DNA from: Acidobacteriota bacterium
Lineage (GTDB): Bacteria; Acidobacteriota; Terriglobia; Terriglobales; Acidobacteriaceae
Length of the DNA stretch: 64,000 nt
Assembly: GCA_013290025.1 (NCBI GenBank)
Contig: JABCYV010000001.1
Coordinates: forward strand, 545 to 64,544
Direction: 5' to 3'
Made by a program: the position numbers and the translations under genes. Shown here one piece after another: positions 29,090-39,202 of this stretch. Positions within the stretch are counted from its first letter, which is position 1; every line of letters begins with the position of its first letter. The notes under the pieces were generated by a model. It did not search any database. It saw nothing but the letters and a program-made list of their open reading frames with translations, and was not told where the DNA came from.

Positions 29090-29392
29090 TCAGCGAATTG
29101 GATTGTGAATGCTCACAAGTTTCGTTCCATCGGGAAACGTTGCTTCAACCTGCATTTCGGGAATCATCTCGGCGATGCCTTCCATCACCTGGTCACGGCT
29201 CAGGACCTTGCGGCTTTCCGACATCAGCTGAGCAACCGACTTGCCATCGCGCGCGGCCTCCAGGATGAAATCGGTTATGAGCGCAACAGTCTCGGGATAG
29301 TTGAGCTTGACACCTCGTTTAAGCCGCTCTCGAGCGACAATCGCGGCAAGTGAGATCATCAGCTTGTCTTTCTCACGCGGCGTGAGGTTCAT
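29090..29392 (-). CDS. ureA: urease subunit gamma
   Basis: [34 protein letters not shown]...[16 protein letters not shown]; 100 aa. Confidence 0.95.
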   Translation of the reverse strand: MNLTPREKDKLMISLAAIVARERLKRGVKLNYPETVALITDFILEAARDGKSVAQLMSESRKVLSRDQVMEGIAEMIPEMQVEATFPDGTKLVSIHNPIR

Positions 29393-29417
29393 GAACTTCT
29401 CCGTTCTGCGGCAATCT

Positions 29418-30329
29418 TTAGCATGCCCAAATTTTCGGTACTTGAAAGGGTCCGGAGCCGAGCTCTGGTCCGAATTGCTGAAGAAAGCTGCGCAAGGCAA
29501 GCTTCAAATCAAAGGACTCTTGCGTTGCAAAGCGGACGACGATAAGTCCGCCCACCAACGTCGCTGCACAATTGCATCCCAGGGAAGGAATAATCTCGCG
29601 CAAAAAATCCAGTCGTTTCTCTAGATAGGGTCCGAAATAGATCAGTGTTGCAACCGCCCTGCAGTTCGCGAGCAAGGCCTTCCTGGTAACCTGAGAAAAG
29701 ATCTCGTCGGTGATGCGAAAGCTGTCCGCCCAGATCAGCCGATCGTCTTTTTTCACGCGCCAGCTGTCGCTTATGTTGCCGCCGACCACGACTTCGCCGT
29801 GTGCGGTACGCCCCAACATAAGCCACTCGAGGGCAAGCAACTCCGCTCCAGAGGAGAGATAGATCTCTGTCGTCCGGTGAAGACGTGCCCAATTGAAAAC
29901 GATTGTTTCCTGCGGAAGCCATGCAAGCTTGGCGGACTCCTCTACTCTCAGCCTGGTCACAACGTGCGCTGGTTCATACAACGCCCGATAGACCTTTTCC
30001 GCAGCCTGTGAAGTCACGGCAATCGAGGCCTGCGGGAGCGCGGTGACAGACCACTCGAGCTGGTCGCCGCCCGCAATGCCTCCTGCAGTATTGATTAGTA
30101 CAGCCTCTTGCACCGCGCGATGTTCGGTTCTTGGGAACATGATGCGAATCGGAGACCGTTCAAAGACGTCTTCGATCCGGGTACCGTTTTCGGAAGCACT
30201 CAATACGATCCGGCCGCATCCGTCCGCACGCTGCAGATCCCGATCCGACGGACGCTCCTTACTCACATCTGGCGTACGAGAAAGACTCAATTCGTCGGTG
30301 ACATCGGATGGTGACATCGCGTCGAACAT
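29418..30329 (-). CDS. ureD: urease accessory protein UreD/UreH
   Basis: [14 protein letters not shown] motif. I chose the start MFDAMSPS (30329); the track start 30578 adds an implausible 83-aa leader. Confidence 0.82.
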   Translation of the reverse strand: MFDAMSPSDVTDELSLSRTPDVSKERPSDRDLQRADGCGRIVLSASENGTRIEDVFERSPIRIMFPRTEHRAVQEAVLINTAGGIAGGDQLEWSVTALPQASIAVTSQAAEKVYRALYEPAHVVTRLRVEESAKLAWLPQETIVFNWARLHRTTEIYLSSGAELLALEWLMLGRTAHGEVVVGGNISDSWRVKKDDRLIWADSFRITDEIFSQVTRKALLANCRAVATLIYFGPYLEKRLDFLREIIPSLGCNCAATLVGGLIVVRFATQESFDLKLALRSFLQQFGPELGSGPFQVPKIWAC

Positions 30330-30598
30330 CGGCTTGCACCAACTGGTCCGCTGGGCGCGAACGACACAATAATACATTTTTCTTTGATAGATATGTGGCG
30401 ATGCCCCGCCGCTGCTGCATGGCATCGCCTGTCCGCGGTCTAACTGCCCGCGGCTATTGGTAACGCTCTCTGGATGACGCTTACTGCTCCCCAATTCAAT
30501 CGTTTCGCGGAAGTACCTGCAGCGCGTCCGTTGCGGCAGATTTTCTTCGCGCGAGGCCACATGACTGAACTGGATCATTGCGCCCCCTTTGAACGGAA

Positions 30599-31921
30599 TC
30601 AGAACCCCGCCAGCCCCGCCGGGCTGTTGTAGGGAATTTTCACGCTGGTGATCTCTTTCAGCGAACCGTCCGGCTGGGTCGCGTAGCCCACAAGTTTCGA
30701 CGCATTGCCGTAAATCTGGTAGAGATAGGCGCCATCGGGCGAAAGCCAGCTATCGCTGGGGCCGCTGCTGACCACTCCATTGATTGCTCGGAAAGTGCCA
30801 TCTCCAGGGACCTTCGGGCTCGCGGGATCCTTCGCTATAGAGAGCACGTTGCCGTCGATGCGGTAGCTGCTGATGTCGCTGTAACCAAAGTTCGTCGTGA
30901 ACACCCATCGGTCATTCGGGGAGACTGCGAGCCAGCATAGTTCAGAGGGCCTGCCCGCGCTCGTGTCGAGCGTTACGGGTGCGCTGACCATGATTTTGCC
31001 GTTAGCGTCGACCTTGCCGATGGATACTCCGTCGCTAACGGCATATCCGACGACGAAGGTATCCGGCCGGTTGTGCAGGAAGGCGATGTAGAAGGGAGAA
31101 GCGCCTCTGGCGTCGTAAAATGAGGGCCCGCCGAGTGCGCCGTCTTCGCCCACTGGGAATACGACTATGCCGTCGGGGTCCGGTGCATTCGAAGCGATGA
31201 CGTGCAGTGCTCCGTCTTTGTGCGGGATCCAGAGAATCAGTGAGCCGTCCGGATTTTTTCTACTGGGCAACTCGTCGAACGTGGTGCCGACAAAGAGGAG
31301 TTTCCCGTCGGGAGAGAGCACGGCCATCGTTGGCACACGATTGGGCCAGTCCATCGTGTTCACCGAGTATCGCTCCGGGCGCGGCGTAAGCTTGCCTTCG
31401 CCGTCGACCGACATGAGTCGGAGATGGTCGGGACCGAACGTGTGCACCACGAAAAGTGTGCGACTCGATGGGGCATAGGCCACCGATTTAACGCCACCGC
31501 TTTGTGTGTTCCCCGTCCGCTTCACGTCCAGCAGCGTGAGACGGCCTTCCTTATTTGCCGCGAAGCTGGAGACGGAATTGTCGCCGGCGTTGGTAGCGAA
31601 CAGAAAGCGACGATCCGGCGTGAGAATGACACTACCCGCGCCCTCGAAGTCGTTCGGCCGGTTAATGTGGTAGATGGGGCTCAGTTCCCCAGAACCGGCC
31701 CCGCCGGTCGCGACACGTTCCACCTCGGCAAGCGCGCCGTTCGCAGACCGTTGGTAGTGGATGATGGCGTTCTCTACCTCGTTAGTTTGCATGTAGAGAT
31801 GGCCGCCAGCAGCTTTCTTCGTCTGCGTGGTTGGCGCTTGAGCCGATCCAACAGCCGTAAAAATAACAGTGGAAGCAGCGATAGCAATCAGTGTGAACGA
31901 GAGTCGTGATTTCGGCATCAT
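30599..31921 (-). CDS. secreted beta-propeller protein (lactonase-like 7-bladed propeller family)
   Basis: Signal peptide. HLYMQTNEVENAIIHYQRSANGALAEVERVATGGAGSG and repeated blade-like segments. Paralog of 32051-33343. Confidence 0.75.
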   Translation of the reverse strand: MMPKSRLSFTLIAIAASTVIFTAVGSAQAPTTQTKKAAGGHLYMQTNEVENAIIHYQRSANGALAEVERVATGGAGSGELSPIYHINRPNDFEGAGSVILTPDRRFLFATNAGDNSVSSFAANKEGRLTLLDVKRTGNTQSGGVKSVAYAPSSRTLFVVHTFGPDHLRLMSVDGEGKLTPRPERYSVNTMDWPNRVPTMAVLSPDGKLLFVGTTFDELPSRKNPDGSLILWIPHKDGALHVIASNAPDPDGIVVFPVGEDGALGGPSFYDARGASPFYIAFLHNRPDTFVVGYAVSDGVSIGKVDANGKIMVSAPVTLDTSAGRPSELCWLAVSPNDRWVFTTNFGYSDISSYRIDGNVLSIAKDPASPKVPGDGTFRAINGVVSSGPSDSWLSPDGAYLYQIYGNASKLVGYATQPDGSLKEITSVKIPYNSPAGLAGF

Positions 31922-32050
31922 GGCACCTTGTGTGTACTGAACGAGCGACTTATGGGAGCGCGGAAGGCTTCGGCCTTCCGCGCCCCGTCACGTAGTTAAA
32001 CTGCAATTCGTAAGCCACCGCGGCACGCTCGCAGTGCCCCGTTGGGGAAA

Positions 32051-33343
32051 TCAGAATCCCGCCAAACCCTCCGGGCTGTTGTACGGGATCGCGACGCTGG
32101 TCACCTCCTCCAGCGAGCCATCCGGTTTCGTGGCGTACCCCACCAACTTCGACGCATTCCCATAGATCTGATACAGGTATTCACCATCCGGAGAAATCCA
32201 GCTGTCGCTCGGTCCACTGCTGACGTCTCCACAAAGCCCCCTGAAGGTGCCATCGCCCTCGACCTCGGGGCACGCAGGATCCTTCGCGACTCTGATCTCG
32301 AGGCCGTCGATATGGAAGGTGGTGATGTCGCTGTACCCGAAAACCGTAGCGTATAAGCGTCGGTCATCGGGGGAGACGGACAGCCAGCAAAGTTCAGCGA
32401 TCGCGCCTCGCCTTGTGTTGATCGGTACGACCTTGTCGACGCCAATTCTGCCGTTTTCGTCGATTCTGCCCAAGGCCACTCCATCGCCGACGGCATATCC
32501 GATGATGAACGTATCCGGCCTGTTATGCAGGAACGCGATGTAGAACGGAGAACCGCCTCCTCCATCCTGGAAGGAGGGGTCGCCGAGCGTGCCGTTTGCG
32601 TTCACGCGGAATATAACGATGCCGTCGGGATCTGGCGCATTCGAAGCGACGGACCGGGGTTTGCCGTCTGGACCAGGCACCCAGAGAATGGGTGAACCGT
32701 CCGGATAAGTGCCGGAGATCGCAATGGGCAGATCAAACGTGGTGCCGACAAGGAGAAATTTCTCATCTGGCGAGAGCACACCCATAGTTGGAACACGGTG
32801 TGGTTTCTCCGGTGTATTCGCCGTGTATCGCTCCATGCGGGGCGTAAGCTTGCCATCACTGGAGACCGACATGAGCCGGATATGGTCGGGTCCGAAGGAG
32901 TGAACCACGTAAAGCATGTCCTTCGAGGGAGAATATGCCAGCGATTTGGCAGTACCGCTCTTTCCTTCCACGGCGTTCCCCGTCGGCTTGGTGTCGATTA
33001 GTGTGATCCTGCCCTGATCGCCCACGGCGAAGCTGGAAACCGAATTGTCCCCGCCGTTTGTGGCAAACAGAAACTTGCGATCTGGTGAGAGGATGACGCT
33101 ACCCGCGCCTTCAAAGGAGTTGGGCGCGCTCTCTTGGCCGCTGATCGGCTTGAAAGTCCCCGAACCTGCACCGCCGGTGGCGACACGTTCTACCTCTGTG
33201 AGCGTGCCGTTGGCGGAGCGATGGTAGTGAATGATCGCGTTCTTGACCTCATTGGTTTGCATGTAGAGATGGCCACCATGGCCGTTCATGCCCATCTCTC
33301 TTGACATCCCCATTTCTTTCGACATACCCATATCTTTTGGCAT
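32051..33343 (-). CDS. beta-propeller protein paralog with Met/His-rich N-terminus
   Basis: MPKDMGMSKEMGMSREMGMNGHGGHLYMQTNEVKNAIIHYHRSANG... ATG 33343 has GGAG 6 nt upstream. Confidence 0.75.
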   Translation of the reverse strand: MPKDMGMSKEMGMSREMGMNGHGGHLYMQTNEVKNAIIHYHRSANGTLTEVERVATGGAGSGTFKPISGQESAPNSFEGAGSVILSPDRKFLFATNGGDNSVSSFAVGDQGRITLIDTKPTGNAVEGKSGTAKSLAYSPSKDMLYVVHSFGPDHIRLMSVSSDGKLTPRMERYTANTPEKPHRVPTMGVLSPDEKFLLVGTTFDLPIAISGTYPDGSPILWVPGPDGKPRSVASNAPDPDGIVIFRVNANGTLGDPSFQDGGGGSPFYIAFLHNRPDTFIIGYAVGDGVALGRIDENGRIGVDKVVPINTRRGAIAELCWLSVSPDDRRLYATVFGYSDITTFHIDGLEIRVAKDPACPEVEGDGTFRGLCGDVSSGPSDSWISPDGEYLYQIYGNASKLVGYATKPDGSLEEVTSVAIPYNSPEGLAGF

Positions 33344-33421
33344 ATTCATCTCCTTTTTTGTCCTTTCAAATTGAATTCGATTTTTTGCGCGACTCAGCCA
33401 CGCTGACAGAAATCTCGGCAC

Positions 33422-34030
33422 CTAATATCCTTTTTTGTCACGAAGTAATGGATAGAACTGAATCCATGTCATTTCTGTGGCGGCGACATTGGCGATGTGG
33501 CATCCGGCACATTCGGTCACGGACTTCTCAGCTGCGGTCTTGTCATACGGCATTGGATGATGCCCAAAAGTGAAGAAGCCCCAGCCGTTGGTCTTTGCAA
33601 AGCGCTTACTGTCTTTTACTGTCAAGTCGATGCCGTTGTACTCGCCATTGAAGTACCCGCGTCCAGAAGGCTCCTTACGAGAGCCGTCTGGAAAAGTCGG
33701 GTTAAGAACCCGGGTCAGTTCTTTTACGATGACCGTTCCTTCTGGAAACTCGCCTGTCTTTAGATACGCATCGACGTTTTTCTGCTCGACGTACACGTGA
33801 TGATATTCAGGAAAGTTCGCCTTTCCATCATTGAGGCCGTTGGGCGTTAAGGGGGCCCCCACAAAAACCCACTTGCGAAAACCGGTTGGCAACTCCAACT
33901 TGCCATCAGCATCGAACACGGCGCTCGACTGTTCATTCTGGGCAGCCGCCACCGGTTTCGCGACCAGCAGGTACACGCCTGAGGCGGTCAGTCCCAGTCC
34001 AACGATGATCAGCAACAGATACTTTTGCAT
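33422..34030 (-). CDS. cytochrome P460 family protein
   Basis: Signal/anchor, FPEYHHVYVEQKNVDAYLKTGEFPEGTVIVKEL, and a C-terminal CAGCH haem motif. Confidence 0.8.
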   Translation of the reverse strand: MQKYLLLIIVGLGLTASGVYLLVAKPVAAAQNEQSSAVFDADGKLELPTGFRKWVFVGAPLTPNGLNDGKANFPEYHHVYVEQKNVDAYLKTGEFPEGTVIVKELTRVLNPTFPDGSRKEPSGRGYFNGEYNGIDLTVKDSKRFAKTNGWGFFTFGHHPMPYDKTAAEKSVTECAGCHIANVAATEMTWIQFYPLLRDKKGY

Positions 34031-34084
34031 TGCAATTCTCCTTGTGAAGCGTTTACAGAACCGAGTTTCTTTAGAGCCTTCTGC

Positions 34085-34645
34085 TTACTTCGATTTGAGG
34101 ACCGGGTAACCTTGCACGTACACCCAGTCGGTTGACTGAGCTGGAACATGACAACCCAGGCAGTCTTTTTTGTAGTTAGTTGCAACCTGTTTATCAGGCG
34201 CATCGGATTTGAAAAGGGCCCATCCCCATCCATCGCCCCACAGCGGATTGCCGGGATAGCGTCCCTTGTCGTCTTTGATCATGACGAACCACACTTTCGT
34301 TCCTGTAGCCCAATGTGCGTCACCGGTCGTCAGTTGCGCGTGATCAGTTGCAAACACCTCTTTAACCAATACGGTTCCGTCCGCGAACTTTCCATTCTTG
34401 CGGTAATACTCAGCTGTCCCTGGCGGCGCGTACGTGTAGTGCATCTCGGTGTTGTTGTTGAGATCGACCGGTGTATACACTCCAAGCGCCTGATAGAGAT
34501 CTCTAAAATCAGCCGGCTTGCGAATGTTTCCCGTCTTGTCGACAAGATCAAAGCCGTTGTGGCTGCTCACTGATTGAGAATTGATCGGCTGTTGGCCAGT
34601 CAAAAAAACAAGCGCAAGAACGAGCGATGCAATGCGAATCGACAT
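34085..34645 (-). CDS. cytochrome P460 family protein (paralog)
   Basis: Signal peptide, YYRKNGKFADGTVLVKEVF, GWGWALFKSD and CLGCH. Confidence 0.8.
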   Translation of the reverse strand: MSIRIASLVLALVFLTGQQPINSQSVSSHNGFDLVDKTGNIRKPADFRDLYQALGVYTPVDLNNNTEMHYTYAPPGTAEYYRKNGKFADGTVLVKEVFATDHAQLTTGDAHWATGTKVWFVMIKDDKGRYPGNPLWGDGWGWALFKSDAPDKQVATNYKKDCLGCHVPAQSTDWVYVQGYPVLKSK

Positions 34646-35570
34646 TTACTCCTCCTCCTGCTCAAACAATCGAATCGGTGTGAACGGCCAGAGTGGCATT
34701 CGCCAGAATGGGAAGTATTTGGAGCCGCCCCCAAAGGCCTCTGCCGATTCAAAAGCGATGGTTGCATAGCTGGAAGACTCAAGTGAGCTCCTCGTGCTGT
34801 TGCGGAGCGACTCATTGTTGCCGATCGTCGAGATCGTGTTTCTTCTCACGATGCGTTCCCCGTAGCGCATGCCGCTGCGTAGCACGTATCAGCAAACGAT
34901 GTTCCAAACCGGTTTCACGGCGAAAACTCGCAATCTCGTTTCGCTTCGCGACGCGTTATCAAGCGTGCGTGAATGGCGGCGAGCATGAATTCACCGCGAT
35001 TGTGATGAGGGCATGTGCAAGTAGCGGCCGTGACGTAATAGCGACTCTGTACCGCCTCCGCGTTGTTATGGCGACACCACGAATTGGATTAGGCGATTTC
35101 CGTTGCTACGCTGGCCTTATAGAAATTTGTGTTCCAGACGCCTCGCGAGCCGGCCACGTTGATTGCGGATTCAGGCTTCCCCAATCCATGGCTGTGGACT
35201 ATTGCCCGACGACAGTCAATGCGGACCAGACGATCCGACCCGGCCGCCGGACCCGCCCACTTCTTTGACCAGCTTTATATTCTCTGGTTCGGTCTCTCAG
35301 TTGCAGAGAAGAGCTCTGCACACTCCGGCTTGTAACCTGCCGCGGAAGAGAACCTAATGGGGTCGCGAATCATTTGGACGATGCTTGCATCTGGTGTGGT
35401 GCTAATCGGGGTTGGAATGATGCAGTTCAGGTTGACGGCGCTGCAAGAACCCGGCCCTCTTGAAACGCGCATTGCGAATCAGGCCAAGCACTTTACCATC
35501 CGCCGAGCGAGCAGCCACGGAATACCTCCACGACCAGTAGACACAAAAGCCAGCCGCGATGACACTTCTG

Positions 35571-36133
35571 CTCTGCACGGAACTGGAGGCGACAAGAATG
35601 TGCTTCTACCCGTGGGAAATGAACTATGGCCTGGTGCCGCGCTCCTCGGACTACGGGTCAAGGTCTTGGAGAACGGCATGCCTTCATCATTTCGACGGTT
35701 CACCGAGGCTGGTGTCGGAGCCGTCAATTCCAGGACGGAAGAGCTGGCACAATTTATCGCTTCGGAACGATATGGTTTCAGCAACGAAGGCTGATTGTCG
35801 TTGGTTATTCCAACGGTGCGACCCTCGGCGCCAGTTTGATTCTGCTTCACCCGCACTACCTTGCTGGTGCAGTTCTTTTCCGAGTGATGGTACCCCTGGT
35901 GCCCGATCTGATTAGGGATTTTAGCCATCTTTCGGTGTTTATCGGCGCAGCCCGCCTAGATCCGCTGATTCCGTTAGGCCAGCCTGAAGAACTGGGCAGC
36001 CCTTTTCGAGAGCGGTGGCGCCGATGTCACTATTTCATGGCACCAGGGCGGACGCGAACTCGGGGAGGATGATATTCAGGCCGCGAAACATTGGCTTGCT
36101 CGCGAAAGGGTTCGAAGAAAATTCGCCGCGTAG
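35571..36133 (+). pseudogene. phospholipase/carboxylesterase-type alpha/beta hydrolase, 5'-truncated and frameshifted
   Basis: Three frames read in series give LHGTGGDKNVLLPVGNEL...ENGMPSFRRF...ELAQFIASERYGFSNEG / LIVVGYSNGATLGASLILLHPHYLAGAVLFRVMVP...FIGAARLDPLIP / GADVTISWHQGGRELGEDDIQAAKHWL. Confidence 0.7.
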
Positions 36134-36184
36134 GCAAGGTCGGCAGGTCCGGCCGCGAGAAAAACGGAAGAAGGAGCACGATCC

Positions 36185-38281
36185 ATGACTAAGAAAAAGA
36201 TAGCGCTGAATATGGAAACCAATTTCAAATATGGCCATTCGAATCACGCTGTTGCGCTCGAGAATCACGGCTATCACGACGAGCCTCCGAGAAATGTAGG
36301 TGCGCGTTCGCGCCGCGATCAGCATACCGGGCACGTAGCCAAGTTTCGGGACAAGTTTTGGCTAAGCCTGGCACTTACACTTCCGGCGGTCCTTTGGTCG
36401 AGTGACGTACAGCATTGGCTTGGCTATCACGCACCTACTTTTCCCGGATCGCAGTTAATTCCCGCCATTCTGGGAACCGTCATCTTGGTATACGGAGGCA
36501 GCGTTTTCATTAAGGGTGCCTGGCCGGAGCTTTCCGCTCACCAGCCGGCCATGATGAGCTTGATCAGCCTGGCACTCGTGGTTGCTTTTACTGCCTCCGT
36601 TGCGGCAACTCTCGGCTTTTTCGAAGTTGATGTCTGGTGGGAGCTCTCAACCCTGATCACAGTAATGCTTCTCGGCCACTGGCTAGAGATGAAGGCCACT
36701 GCGCAAGCCCGAGGGGCTCTCGATGCACTGGCCGCGTTGCTGCCAGACATGGCTGAGCGGATAACGGAGAAAGGGATAGAAAAAGTGCCTCTTGCAGAGT
36801 TGCGAATCGGTGATGTCGTCCTCGTACGGCCCGGATCTCGTGTGCCCGCGGATGGTATCGTGGTGCAGGGCACGGCCGATGTCGATGAGTCTCTAATCAC
36901 TGGTGAGTCGCGAACGATTCCGAAAGCGCCAGGTGACGCAGTAGTGGGTGGAACCGTTGCCGAAGGTGGTAGCCTCCGATTGCGAGTGAAGGCAGTCGGG
37001 GAACAGACGGCACTTTCCGGCATTATGCGGCTGGTCGACGCCGCGCAGGCTTCCGGGTCGCGAACCCAAGCTCTGGCCGACCGCGCGGCCGCACTTCTTT
37101 TCTACGTTGCCGTCGCAGCGGGAATCCTGACGTTTGCCTGCTGGTGGCTGGCGGGTGACAGAGAATACGCACTCATCCGAACAGCCACAGTACTCGTTAT
37201 TGCCTGTCCGCATGCACTGGGGCTTGCAATTCCTCTTGTGATTGCGATTTCAACATCGCTCGGTGCACGAAATGGTTTGCTCGTGAAAGATCGCCTGGCA
37301 CTCGAACTGGCACACGATTTGGATGGAGTGATCTTCGACAAAACGGGAACTCTTACCCGCGGGGCTCCAGTGCTTACGGGAGCTGCGGCTGTCACAAATG
37401 TGGATGAAAGAGAAATGCTGGCGCTAGCCTCGGCGGTGGAAGCGGACTCCGAGCACGCCATAGCTAGAGCCATTGTTAGCGGCGCGGGTCGTCGTGGCAT
37501 CAGGCCAGAGTCAGCGTCTGGCTTCGAAGCATTGCCGGGGCGGGGGACACAGGCGACTGTTAACGGTCAGAGTGTGGCCGTGGGAGGCCCAAGACTACTT
37601 GCCGACACGAAGGCCACTATTCCGCCAGAACTCGATAAGGCCCTCAGTATCTGGGCGTCCGAAGGACGAACAGTTCTCTATGTCCTTCGACGCGACGCTG
37701 TGATCGGCGTACTCGCAGTCGAAGACGAGATTCGCCCCGAGTCTGCCGATGCAGTAGCCGCCCTGCACGAACTCGGCGTCCGCGTGGCGATGATCACAGG
37801 GGACTCCCAGGCGGTCGCAGAGTCGGTTGCCAAGCGACTCGGAATTGATGATGTCGCGGCACAGGTTCTACCTGCTGATAAGGCGGCCGCGGTCGAGCGG
37901 TTCCGGGCCGAAAACAAGACAGTTGCGATGGTTGGCGATGGTGTGAACGATGCGCCGGCACTTGCGACGGCGGATGTTGGAATTGCCATTGCCGCTGGCA
38001 CGGATGTTGCAGTGGAGTCTGCCGGAATTGTTCTTGTGCGCAGCGACCCGCGTGATGTTGTCCGCGCGATCAAGCTGTCACGAGCCACCTACCGAAAGAT
38101 GGTGCAGAATCTACTGTGGGCGACGGGCTATAACCTGATTGCAATTCCGGCCGCTGCTGGGATGTTTATCCGCTGGAGAATTGATCCTCCCATGAGCGTG
38201 GGCGCACTAGCGATGAATCTCTCCACGATTATTGTGGCGCTCAACGCCCAGCTGCTCCGTCGCGTGAAACTTGAACTTTGA
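36185..38281 (+). CDS. copB: heavy-metal P-type ATPase, P1B-3 (CopB-like)
   Basis: His-rich N-terminus (KYGHSNHAVALENHGYHDE..HTGH), CPH motif in VIACPHALGLAIP, DKTGTLT, and GDGVNDAPAL. Confidence 0.9.
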   Translation: MTKKKIALNMETNFKYGHSNHAVALENHGYHDEPPRNVGARSRRDQHTGHVAKFRDKFWLSLALTLPAVLWSSDVQHWLGYHAPTFPGSQLIPAILGTVILVYGGSVFIKGAWPELSAHQPAMMSLISLALVVAFTASVAATLGFFEVDVWWELSTLITVMLLGHWLEMKATAQARGALDALAALLPDMAERITEKGIEKVPLAELRIGDVVLVRPGSRVPADGIVVQGTADVDESLITGESRTIPKAPGDAVVGGTVAEGGSLRLRVKAVGEQTALSGIMRLVDAAQASGSRTQALADRAAALLFYVAVAAGILTFACWWLAGDREYALIRTATVLVIACPHALGLAIPLVIAISTSLGARNGLLVKDRLALELAHDLDGVIFDKTGTLTRGAPVLTGAAAVTNVDEREMLALASAVEADSEHAIARAIVSGAGRRGIRPESASGFEALPGRGTQATVNGQSVAVGGPRLLADTKATIPPELDKALSIWASEGRTVLYVLRRDAVIGVLAVEDEIRPESADAVAALHELGVRVAMITGDSQAVAESVAKRLGIDDVAAQVLPADKAAAVERFRAENKTVAMVGDGVNDAPALATADVGIAIAAGTDVAVESAGIVLVRSDPRDVVRAIKLSRATYRKMVQNLLWATGYNLIAIPAAAGMFIRWRIDPPMSVGALAMNLSTIIVALNAQLLRRVKLEL

Positions 38282-38590
38282 TACGGACACGACATCAGTG
38301 CATCCAGTCGCCATCGAAGACGCCAGCTTTCCGAATACCTTATATCGTTGAGAGCTCAACCCAACGAATTGCAAGAACGAATTGCGGCTCTCGAGCCGTC
38401 AACTTCTTGGGATTTCAAAGCGTTCATCACTCTCCATGATTTCCGGCCTGTTTGGACCAGCGGGCGGAAGGATTGCCTTGGCATTGTAGCCGGTCTAAGA
38501 TAAGCGCGTGTGGGGATTCTCCGAAAATTGGAAGTCAACCGGCAACGCCCTGCTTTGCCGAACCTACACTCTCAGCCATGGTGAAGTCTC

Positions 38591-39190
38591 ATGAAAGGCT
38601 CTCTCGCCAAAATCGCACTTGGCATTACCGACGATGAAGTCCGACTCGGCAGCCACCTGATCCATTTCTGGCACACTGACGCCGAATTCGAGCGCGGAGT
38701 TCGCTTTCTCGAGCTCGGGATCGCGGACGAATCCGAGTATTGCGTTCTTTTCGGCCATAACGAAGCGAACGAGCGCGTTTTAGAGATTCTGCGGACGAGA
38801 GGCTATGGCCTTGGTCGTATCCTTCAGGAGCGGCGACTCGTCATTTTGCGCCGCGAATCTTCTGCCTCGGAGACACTAGCGGGAATCGACGCTGCCTTTT
38901 CTGATGCTGTAGCCAAGGGGGCAACCGCGATCAGGTACTTGGGCAACCTTGGAATGGGCCAGGCTCAGTTGCCGGGTAGAGGCGCGGACGAGATAGTTGA
39001 CCTTGAGAACGGTGCGACCGCTCTCGCGCTTCGCTATCCGTGCGTAATCGTGTGCATGTACGATGTAAATACAGTCTCGGGTCGTCTTGTTCTAGATGGG
39101 GGATTTGGAACCCACCCTCTCGCTGTTTGCCGTGGCGCGTTGCGGAACAACCCGTACTACGCGACAGACAACAAAAGCATAGCGGCGTAG
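38591..39190 (+). CDS. MEDS domain-containing sensory protein
   Basis: HLIHFWHTDAEFERGVRFLELGI...EYCVLFGH...CVIVCMYD resembles the MEDS pattern. Confidence 0.65.
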   Translation: MKGSLAKIALGITDDEVRLGSHLIHFWHTDAEFERGVRFLELGIADESEYCVLFGHNEANERVLEILRTRGYGLGRILQERRLVILRRESSASETLAGIDAAFSDAVAKGATAIRYLGNLGMGQAQLPGRGADEIVDLENGATALALRYPCVIVCMYDVNTVSGRLVLDGGFGTHPLAVCRGALRNNPYYATDNKSIAA

Positions 39191-39202
39191 CGCCTGCAAA
39201 AC

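Noticed and set aside
34693-35268. 191-aa ORF between the P460 gene and the hydrolase remnant
   Set aside because: The translation is Cys/Arg/Ser-rich and nonsense-like, with no SD and no motifs. The region looks like decayed DNA.
38529-38544. Sigma-54-like motif TGGAAG-N5-CGGCA upstream of the MEDS gene
   Set aside because: The -12 element is poor (CGGC instead of TTGC). I judged it too weak to report as a promoter.
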